From positions 1 to 64,000 of the forward strand of contig JAFWDK010000019.1 of the NCBI GenBank assembly GCA_017513085.1: 64,000 nucleotides of DNA. The letters run 5' to 3'. The notes under the pieces were generated by a model that made no database searches, was not told the origin of the DNA, and saw nothing but the letters and a program-made list of their open reading frames with translations. Origin of the DNA: Clostridiales bacterium (lineage in GTDB: Bacteria > Bacillota > Clostridia > Saccharofermentanales > Saccharofermentanaceae). This document shows, piece by piece, positions 56,629-64,000 of the stretch (its first letter is position 1; each line of letters begins with the position of its first letter). The translations under genes were made by a program, and so were the position numbers.

Positions 56629-59076
56629 TCATCGAAGCTCCGCGATCGTAACGCCGTCTTCGCCTTCGCCAAAAGTACCCAGGCGGTATGTCTTTACACG
56701 GCGATCTTTCTTAAGGAACTGGTCAACTGCGGAACGCAGCGCACCGGTACCTTTGCCGTGGACGATCCGGACGTTGGAGATGTTACTTAGGACGCAATCG
56801 TCAAGATAGCTGTCGAGAGCATGCATCGCCTCATCGACCGTCATACCCAGAAGCTGGATCTCGGTCATCATGGTGGACTTCTTCTTTAAGCGCAGGTTGT
56901 CCGCACGCGATGTCGTCTTCTTTCTTGCCACATTTCTCGGTTGTGTCGCATTCTTCTTCACCTCATCCTTTTTAGGATAGCGAAGCGAGTCCGCAGCTAC
57001 CGTCAGTTTTAGCGGACCCGAAGACAAGATGCAGTTATTCTTGCTGTCCGGCCCCTTGATGACGATTCCCGTGACATCGAGAGTCGGTGAATAATACAGA
57101 CCACCTTCACGAATCTTATCCGGCTTTTCTCCCGGGATCTCCTTCGGCTCTTCGTCGCCCTCTGTCTCGGCATCGATATCAGCAAGACCGGCGCGAAGAT
57201 TATTACGGATCGCACGGATCTTTCTCTCGGCATCGTGGGAGTTCTCCATCTTCTGGATCTCCTTGATCTCATCGAGGATCGAATCGGCTTTTTCCAGAAC
57301 TTCTTCCAGCATCTCCTGCTTCTCTTCCCTAGCCTGGGCGAGCACTCTCTTTCTCTCTTTTTCGATCTGCATTCTCTGCTTATCGAGATCCTCAGACTGT
57401 CTCTTCACTTCGTCACGAAGATCGGCGATCTCTTTCTGAAGTTTCTCGCTCTCACGGTTATGACGTTCTGCGGAAGAAAGAAGTTCTTCCACCTTCAGAC
57501 TCTCCTCGGAAAGGATGCTCTGTGCCGAGTCGATAATGTGATGCGGTAAGCCCAGTTTTCTCGAGATCACGAATGCATTACTTACACCCGGAAGACCGAT
57601 CATGAGGCGATATGTCGGAGACAATGTCTCGGTATCAAATTCACAGCAGGCATTCTCCACCCCTTCCTGTTCGACCGCATAGGCTTTCAGCTCTTTGTAA
57701 TGCGTGGTGGCGACTGTGACGGCGCCCTTTTTCCGGCATTCATCCAGGATCGCAATAGCCAGTGCCGCGCCTTCAGACGGATCGGTTCCGCTTCCAAGTT
57801 CATCAACAAGGACCAGTGTAGTCGGCTTGGTCAGTTTCAGGATCTGCACGATGTTGGTCATATGCGCCGAGAACGTCGACAGGCTCTGTTCGATGCTCTG
57901 CTCATCACCGATATCCGCGAGTACCTTCGTAAATGTCGATACTTCCGAGCCGTCCAGGCAAGGAATGAAAAGTCCGGCCATCGCCATCAGGGAGATCAGG
58001 CCGCACGTCTTTAAAGATACGGTCTTACCACCGGTATTCGGTCCCGTGATGACTAGCGTACGGTAATCGGTGCCGACAACGAAATTGATCGGCACGACAC
58101 GGTCCTTATCGATCAAAGGATGACGCGCTTTTTTCAGGATAATACGTCCCTCCTGATTAAAGAGCGGACGGATCGCTTCCATCTCCAGCGCATATTGTGC
58201 TTTCGCCTGCATAAAATCGATGTGGGCAATGAGCTCGATGTCCATCAGGATCGCGTCTTTGCTGATACCGACTTTGCCGGTGAGGATACCCAGGATACGG
58301 TTGATTTCTTCCTGTTCGGCCGCGGTCCACTCACGGATCTTGTTATTCAGTTCCACAACAGCCATCGGCTCGATAAACAGTGTCTGCCCGGAAGCAGATG
58401 TGTCGTGTACGACACCCGGGATCTCACCCTTTTTCTCCGGCTTGACCGGAACACAATAACGGCCGTCACGCATGGTAACCAATTGATCCTGAAGGGCCTG
58501 AGGATTCTTACGGATCAAGCGGTCGAGGATCTCTCGGATACTGCTCTGGGCATCACGGATCTGACGGCGGATCGCATAGAGTTCATTACTGGCACGGTCA
58601 TTCATCTCATTCTCGCCATTAATACACATTGAGATCTCTTTTTCAAGAGCCTCCAAAGGTTCAAGACGCTTCAACTCCTGCATCAGGAGATTATCGTCAG
58701 GATTGTCCAGTGCTTTTGGCGTCACAGCATGCAGACGCTCAACGGTACGAAGGAACGAGGCAACGTGCAGAAGATGCTTCATGGTCAGTGTTGCACCGGT
58801 GTCGGAAAACTTCACGGCATCGCGGATATCGTTGACTCCGCCTAGCGGGAGTGCTCCTTCTTTAACAAGGAATGCCAGGGCATCTTCGGTTTCTTTCTGC
58901 CAGACTTCCACCAGTTTCAGATCGGAAGTCGGTAATAAGCCATAGCACAATTCACGCCCGTAAACAGTACGAGCGTGATTGACTAAGCGATCGAGTATCT
59001 TGTCATACTCTAATATGGATAAGGATCGGCCACGGACAAGCTTTCTTTGTGCCTCTTCTTCAAATGTTGTATACAT
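56629..59076 (-). CDS. mutS2: Endonuclease MutS2
   Basis: TGPNTGGKT, DIGDEQSIEQSLSTFS, DELGSGTDP and Smr domain IVHGKGTG. Confidence 0.96.
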   Translation of the reverse strand: MYTTFEEEAQRKLVRGRSLSILEYDKILDRLVNHARTVYGRELCYGLLPTSDLKLVEVWQKETEDALAFLVKEGALPLGGVNDIRDAVKFSDTGATLTMKHLLHVASFLRTVERLHAVTPKALDNPDDNLLMQELKRLEPLEALEKEISMCINGENEMNDRASNELYAIRRQIRDAQSSIREILDRLIRKNPQALQDQLVTMRDGRYCVPVKPEKKGEIPGVVHDTSASGQTLFIEPMAVVELNNKIREWTAAEQEEINRILGILTGKVGISKDAILMDIELIAHIDFMQAKAQYALEMEAIRPLFNQEGRIILKKARHPLIDKDRVVPINFVVGTDYRTLVITGPNTGGKTVSLKTCGLISLMAMAGLFIPCLDGSEVSTFTKVLADIGDEQSIEQSLSTFSAHMTNIVQILKLTKPTTLVLVDELGSGTDPSEGAALAIAILDECRKKGAVTVATTHYKELKAYAVEQEGVENACCEFDTETLSPTYRLMIGLPGVSNAFVISRKLGLPHHIIDSAQSILSEESLKVEELLSSAERHNRESEKLQKEIADLRDEVKRQSEDLDKQRMQIEKERKRVLAQAREEKQEMLEEVLEKADSILDEIKEIQKMENSHDAERKIRAIRNNLRAGLADIDAETEGDEEPKEIPGEKPDKIREGGLYYSPTLDVTGIVIKGPDSKNNCILSSGPLKLTVAADSLRYPKKDEVKKNATQPRNVARKKTTSRADNLRLKKKSTMMTEIQLLGMTVDEAMHALDSYLDDCVLSNISNVRIVHGKGTGALRSAVDQFLKKDRRVKTYRLGTFGEGEDGVTIAELR

Positions 59077-59088
59077 ACTTTCCTTTTC

Positions 59089-60138
59089 TTAGGAGAGGAG
59101 CTTCGACCTTTCAACATCTTCCATATTGATGCTCTTGCTCATGGAAAGTCCCTCTTCTATATCTACATCACTGATCTCACCATGCTTATAGACGATGAGA
59201 CGGTTTAATTTCTTCTGTTGGATACACTCGATGGCGTGAATACCCATAAGGCTGGCCATCGTTCTGTCACGAAGCGATGGGCTTCCGCCTCTCTGCAGGT
59301 GTCCGAGGATCGTCGGACGGGACTCGATCTCGGTAGCTTCTTCGATCTGCTTCGCAATCTCGGTCGCACTGCCTGCACCCTCAGCCACGATGACGATGTA
59401 ATGACGCTTGCCGCGGTTTCTGCCATCGAGGATCGTGCGGATGACATCCTTGATGTCCCATGGTACTTCCGGCAAAAGGATCAGCTCGGCACCGGTCGCA
59501 ATACCTACGTTCAAAGCGATATAGCCGGCGTGTCTGCCCATGACTTCGATGACACTGCAACGCTCGTGCGAAGAAGCAGTATCACGGAGTTTGTCGATAG
59601 CTTCCATCGCGGTATTCATTGCCGTATCGTAACCAATCGTATAGTCGGTAGAAGCAATATCGTTGTCGATCGTTCCCGGAATACCGATCACCGGAATTCC
59701 AAGTCTGGCCAGGTCTCTTGCACCGCGGTAAGAACCGTCACCACCGATAACGATCATGCAATCGATACCGAATACTTCACAGTTCTTCGCACCCTTGAGA
59801 ACGCCTTCCGGTGTCTCCCAGCTCTTGGATCTCGCGGTCATCAGGAAGGTACCGCCACGCTGCAGTGTCTCGGAAACATCTCTGTGGCCGAGTTCCTTGA
59901 TCTCGCCTTTCCAAAGGCCATGGTAACCACGGGTCACGCCCATCATCTTGAAACCGGCTTTGGTTCCTGCACGTACGACCGCACGGATCGTGGCATTCAT
60001 GCCCGGCGCATCACCACCACTGGTCAGCACGCCTATGCCGTGTACCGCCGGTTCCTCGTCCGGATTCACATTATCATAATTCTTCGCTACCATTTCCTTC
60101 AGATTTGGCAGATTATCATTTCCGTATTGTTCAAACAT
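59089..60138 (-). CDS. pfkA: ATP-dependent 6-phosphofructokinase
   Basis: TSGGDAPGMN, GGDGS, PGTIDND, EVMGRHAG and LGHLQRGG; GAGGAG RBS before 60138. Confidence 0.96.
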   Translation of the reverse strand: MFEQYGNDNLPNLKEMVAKNYDNVNPDEEPAVHGIGVLTSGGDAPGMNATIRAVVRAGTKAGFKMMGVTRGYHGLWKGEIKELGHRDVSETLQRGGTFLMTARSKSWETPEGVLKGAKNCEVFGIDCMIVIGGDGSYRGARDLARLGIPVIGIPGTIDNDIASTDYTIGYDTAMNTAMEAIDKLRDTASSHERCSVIEVMGRHAGYIALNVGIATGAELILLPEVPWDIKDVIRTILDGRNRGKRHYIVIVAEGAGSATEIAKQIEEATEIESRPTILGHLQRGGSPSLRDRTMASLMGIHAIECIQQKKLNRLIVYKHGEISDVDIEEGLSMSKSINMEDVERSKLLS

Positions 60139-60202
60139 ATTATTTCTCTCCTCATAAAAGCGATTACACTGCATTTTTGCGCTACTATTATACCAAATCC
60201 CC

Positions 60203-63200
60203 CTAGAACAAGGAAACATTTTCAATACCGAATTCTTTAACCAATATGTCACATACATCCCGGTTCCACTCGATGCTGTACTCCGGCTGCAATATTACAT
60301 AGCGTTTCTCATTCGGAAGCGCCACATAGACCGGCACATTCCCCCTGAAATACGCACATGTCGCCAGAAGTCTCTTATAACCTGCATCCTCGGTAGTTCC
60401 GAAATAACGGATCGCCACACGCATGTTGCCGGAAGGAGCATAGCGTACCGAATGATCTGTATTGGCAGCATCCGCCCCTGTCGTCTTTTCAGCCCCCACT
60501 TCTTTGTTTTCCTTAGGCGATTCCGAAGTCTTATTATTTCTTGGAACATAGGATCCGCCACGATTCCGGTTAGGAGGCGGCAATTCGCACAGTTCCTCAT
60601 CGTCACGGCTCAAAGTCACTGCATCTTCCAGAAACAGTTTAACTTCTTCATCTTCCACCTGAACCTGTCCACGCATCAGGAGCGCCCTCGAAGCCAGAAC
60701 CACAGCTCCGCATTTGGCAAAAGCACCCGGGAACACTAAAACTTCATAGTCTCCGTAGAAATCTTCCATCTGAAGGATGCACATGGCTTTTCCGTTCTTC
60801 GTCGTCTTCTGCTTTCTGGAAACGACCAGTCCTGCCATCACGACGGTTTCTTTATCTTTCAGCACACGGCCGCCGGCCACATCTTCACCAAGCGTTTTAA
60901 GAAATGAAGTGCTATCCGTATTCGCACGTGCCTCAATGGCTTTCTTATAGTTCTCAAGAGGATGTCCGGAAACATAAAGACCGATCATCTCCTTTTCTTT
61001 CATGAGACGCTCTTCCAGAGGAAATTCACTGACATTGGGAAGGATCGGCTCATCCTGGGCCGCCGAAGCCTGACTGTCACCCAGCAAACTGAATATAGAG
61101 ATCTGTCCTTCCATCGTCTGGTGCTTCTGCGCAGATAAGCGATTCAGGTACGGCTCGGCTGCGCCCAGCATCTGCGATCTCGGAATACCGAATTCGTCTA
61201 AAGCCGATGCATAGATCAGACTTTCAATCATCTTCTTATTAATGTCCAGTTTCTCGGAGCGTCGCAGAAAATCACCGAAAGAAGAAAATGGTCCGTTCAC
61301 TTCTCGATCGATAACGATCTTTTCTACCGCACCTTCCCCGACATTTTTCACAGCGGTAAGTCCTATGCGGATCGCCTTATCCCCTTCGGTTTTAAACTTG
61401 ACCACACTCTTATTGATAGAAGGCGGCAGGATAGCGATCCCCATCTTCTTGGCGCAACTCGTGTACCAGGCAGATTGCGACTGGTTCCCCAAAAAACTGT
61501 TCAGCATTGCTGCCATAAACTCTGTCGGGTAGTGATATTTCAGATATGCCGTAAAATATCCCACTACAGCATAAGCGGCGGCATGCGATTTGTTAAAAGC
61601 ATATCCTGCAAACTGGGTAACGTCGTCAAATATCTTTCTAGCCACAGCTTCCGGAACTCCATGAGCGATAGCGCCGCTGACTTCTCTACCCTTTTCGTCC
61701 TTTCCGCCATAGATAAATGTTTGACGGTATTTCTCCATAAGTGAGGCTTTCTTCTTGGCCATCGCACGCCGGATATTATCAGACTGGCCCATGGAAAAAC
61801 CTGCCAGATCACGAACGATCTGCATAACCTGCTCCTGATAGATCATACACCCGTAAGTCATGTTGAGGATCGGTTCGAGCAAAGGATGGTCATAGCGGAT
61901 CAACGAAGGATCATGTTTCGCGGCCACATATTTCGGGATCTGATCCATCGGTCCCGGACGATACAACGAAATACCCGCAATAATATCTTCCAGAGAAGCA
62001 GGCTTCAGATCCATCATAAAGGATGTCATTCCGCCACTCTCAAGCTGGAACACACCTTCTGTTTCTCCGCGGCTGATCATGTCGAAGATTGCAGGCTCAT
62101 CCATCGGGATCCGATCATAATCGATCTCAATTCCCTGATTCTCCAGCACCATCTGCGCGGTATCGCGCAATACCGTTAATGTACGCAATCCCAAGAAGTC
62201 GAACTTTAACAGACCTATTTCTTCGGAGTTTGCCTTTGCAAACTGAACTACGACAGACTCGTCATTCTTTGCCAAAGGAGCGATCTCCGTAAGAGGTTTG
62301 GCGGAAATGATCACTCCGGCAGCATGCGTCGAAGCATGACGGGGCATTCCTTCGAAAAGCATTGCCGTATCCAGAACCTGTTTCACTGTTGGAGAATTCT
62401 CATACTCTTCCCTCAATTCAGCGGAATTCTTCAACGCATCGGAAATAGTAATGCCCAGGTTATTCGGAATCATCTTGGCGATCCGGTCACTCTCGGCATA
62501 CGGAACATCCAGCGCACGGGCAACGTCACGGATACAGGCTTTCGCCGCCAAAGTTCCGAACGTGATCACCTGCGCAACACGATCCGAACCATATTTTCTT
62601 GTCACATAATCAATGACTTCCTGTCTTCTTTCGTAGCAAAAATCAACGTCAAAGTCAGGCATGCTGACACGTTCACTATTGAGGAACCTCTCAAAGATCA
62701 ATCCGTACTTGATCGGATCGATATTGGTAATGGAAAGCGCATAGGCCACCAGAGAACCTGCACCGGAACCACGTCCGGGTCCGACCATGATGTTGTTCTC
62801 TTTGGCATAATGGATGAAGTCCCAGACGATCAGGTAATAATCGGTATATCCCATGGAGGTGATCACGGACATCTCATATTCTGCACGTTCATAATACTTG
62901 TTTCGAAGCTCATCATCCGTGCACCACTCCAATCTTTTCCGCAAGCCTTCCTCGCACAGATGGCGCAAATACTCTTCTGCATTGGAATACTCCAAAGGAA
63001 CATCAAAAGCCGGAAGATGGATCTGATCAAAAGTATATCCGGCATGGCACATACTGGCGATCTTGGTCGTATTCTCGATCGCTGACGGAACCGAGGCAAA
63101 ATACTGACGCATCTCCTGTTCGGATTTAATATAAAAATCATCACAAGCCATGCGCATACGATCCGGATCACTCATTCTCTTTCCGGTCTGCATACAAAGC

Positions 63201-63874
63201 AGAACTTCGTGCGCTTCACTATCCTGGCGATACATATAATGACAGTCATTGGTCGCCACCAGCGGGATCCCGGTCTCATTCGAAAGCAGGATCATATGCT
63301 GATTCACTTTTGCCTGCTCGGGCATCTGATTACTCTGGATCTCCAAATAGTAATTGCCACGTCCGAAAGTCCGGTCATACCACAATGCACACTTTTTCGC
63401 CCCGTCGAGATCACCCTGAAGAATATGGGTCGCCACCTCACCGGAAAGGCAGGCGGAAAGCGCAATCAATCCATCGGAATACTTCTCGAGAAGTTCGTGA
63501 TCCACACGTGGCTTATAATAGAAGCCCTCCGTAAAGCCGGTCGATACCAACCGGTTTAAATTCTTCAGTCCCTCGTCATTCTTTGCCAAAAGCACCAGAT
63601 GATAATAGTTTCTATCCTCTACTTCTTTGAGGAAACGGCCTCGAGGCGCCACATAGACTTCACATCCGATGATCGGATGGATCCCCGCTTCAGTCATAGC
63701 CTTATAAAACTCTACAGCGCCATACATGACTCCGTGATCCGTAATGGCACAGGAAGTCATACCCAATTCGGAAAGACGGGCAGCAAGACGCTTGATACGG
63801 ATCGCGCCGTCCAGCAAACTATACTCTGTATGTAGATGAAGGTGTACAAAACCTTGATTGACTGCCTCTGCCAT
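60203..63874 (-). CDS. dnaE: DNA polymerase III alpha subunit
   Basis: FVHLHLHTEYSLLDG, GPGRGSGAGS, MPDFDVDF, KFDFLGL and YAFNKSH. Confidence 0.98.
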   Translation of the reverse strand: MAEAVNQGFVHLHLHTEYSLLDGAIRIKRLAARLSELGMTSCAITDHGVMYGAVEFYKAMTEAGIHPIIGCEVYVAPRGRFLKEVEDRNYYHLVLLAKNDEGLKNLNRLVSTGFTEGFYYKPRVDHELLEKYSDGLIALSACLSGEVATHILQGDLDGAKKCALWYDRTFGRGNYYLEIQSNQMPEQAKVNQHMILLSNETGIPLVATNDCHYMYRQDSEAHEVLLCMQTGKRMSDPDRMRMACDDFYIKSEQEMRQYFASVPSAIENTTKIASMCHAGYTFDQIHLPAFDVPLEYSNAEEYLRHLCEEGLRKRLEWCTDDELRNKYYERAEYEMSVITSMGYTDYYLIVWDFIHYAKENNIMVGPGRGSGAGSLVAYALSITNIDPIKYGLIFERFLNSERVSMPDFDVDFCYERRQEVIDYVTRKYGSDRVAQVITFGTLAAKACIRDVARALDVPYAESDRIAKMIPNNLGITISDALKNSAELREEYENSPTVKQVLDTAMLFEGMPRHASTHAAGVIISAKPLTEIAPLAKNDESVVVQFAKANSEEIGLLKFDFLGLRTLTVLRDTAQMVLENQGIEIDYDRIPMDEPAIFDMISRGETEGVFQLESGGMTSFMMDLKPASLEDIIAGISLYRPGPMDQIPKYVAAKHDPSLIRYDHPLLEPILNMTYGCMIYQEQVMQIVRDLAGFSMGQSDNIRRAMAKKKASLMEKYRQTFIYGGKDEKGREVSGAIAHGVPEAVARKIFDDVTQFAGYAFNKSHAAAYAVVGYFTAYLKYHYPTEFMAAMLNSFLGNQSQSAWYTSCAKKMGIAILPPSINKSVVKFKTEGDKAIRIGLTAVKNVGEGAVEKIVIDREVNGPFSSFGDFLRRSEKLDINKKMIESLIYASALDEFGIPRSQMLGAAEPYLNRLSAQKHQTMEGQISIFSLLGDSQASAAQDEPILPNVSEFPLEERLMKEKEMIGLYVSGHPLENYKKAIEARANTDSTSFLKTLGEDVAGGRVLKDKETVVMAGLVVSRKQKTTKNGKAMCILQMEDFYGDYEVLVFPGAFAKCGAVVLASRALLMRGQVQVEDEEVKLFLEDAVTLSRDDEELCELPPPNRNRGGSYVPRNNKTSESPKENKEVGAEKTTGADAANTDHSVRYAPSGNMRVAIRYFGTTEDAGYKRLLATCAYFRGNVPVYVALPNEKRYVILQPEYSIEWNRDVCDILVKEFGIENVSLF

Positions 63875-63926
63875 ATATTATCCTTTCCGGGACTCTCCCG
63901 GCCACCATGGGATCACATCTTCTTCA

Positions 63927-64000
63927 TCATGCGTCCCCGAGTTTTCCCTTTACCACAACCAGCAAATCGCGAAGCCGGGCAGCTTCTTCGAAAGCCAGTT
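63927..64000 (-). CDS. uvrB: 3' end of a UVR-domain protein, probably UvrB (partial)
   Basis: Translates LAFEEAARLRDLLVVVKGKLGDA*, the C-terminal UVR motif. Confidence 0.65.
   Translation of the reverse strand, partial: LAFEEAARLRDLLVVVKGKLGDA

Noticed and set aside
1-64000. tRNA or rRNA genes
   Set aside because: No cloverleaf or rRNA-like sequence was recognised in any intergenic region.

Overview
Chromosomal window from a Bacillota (Clostridia-type) bacterium, with most genes on the minus strand. The core blocks are: uvrB(3' end)-dnaE-pfkA-mutS2; thrS with a Thr T-box; rimP-nusA-ylxR-L7Ae-infB-rbfA-nrnA-truB-ribF-lgt-rodA; a reduced dcw cluster (mraZ to ftsZ); and nrdR-TCS-nth-recG-rsmD-coaD-...-hemW. 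Two accessory zones stand out. (1) 1-10,100 holds a non-coding array of 37-bp palindromic units at 52-bp period, a MIF-like tautomerase, two reciprocally truncated copies of an XRE/AlkZ-related module, a DUF4405-flavodoxin fusion and a membrane-anchored HNH nuclease. (2) 45,700-49,460 is an AT-richer islet encoding DUF4417, a small Tox-GHH-type nuclease with a short Gly/Ser-rich N-terminal leader, and a putative immunity gene, divergent from an unknown protein across three 11-bp direct repeats. This islet is my best candidate for an undescribed system. A degenerate ABC/AAA-ATPase + DUF4276 (TOPRIM-like) pair is embedded in the core operon ahead of hemW. All family calls come from motif recognition by eye; no database searches were run.
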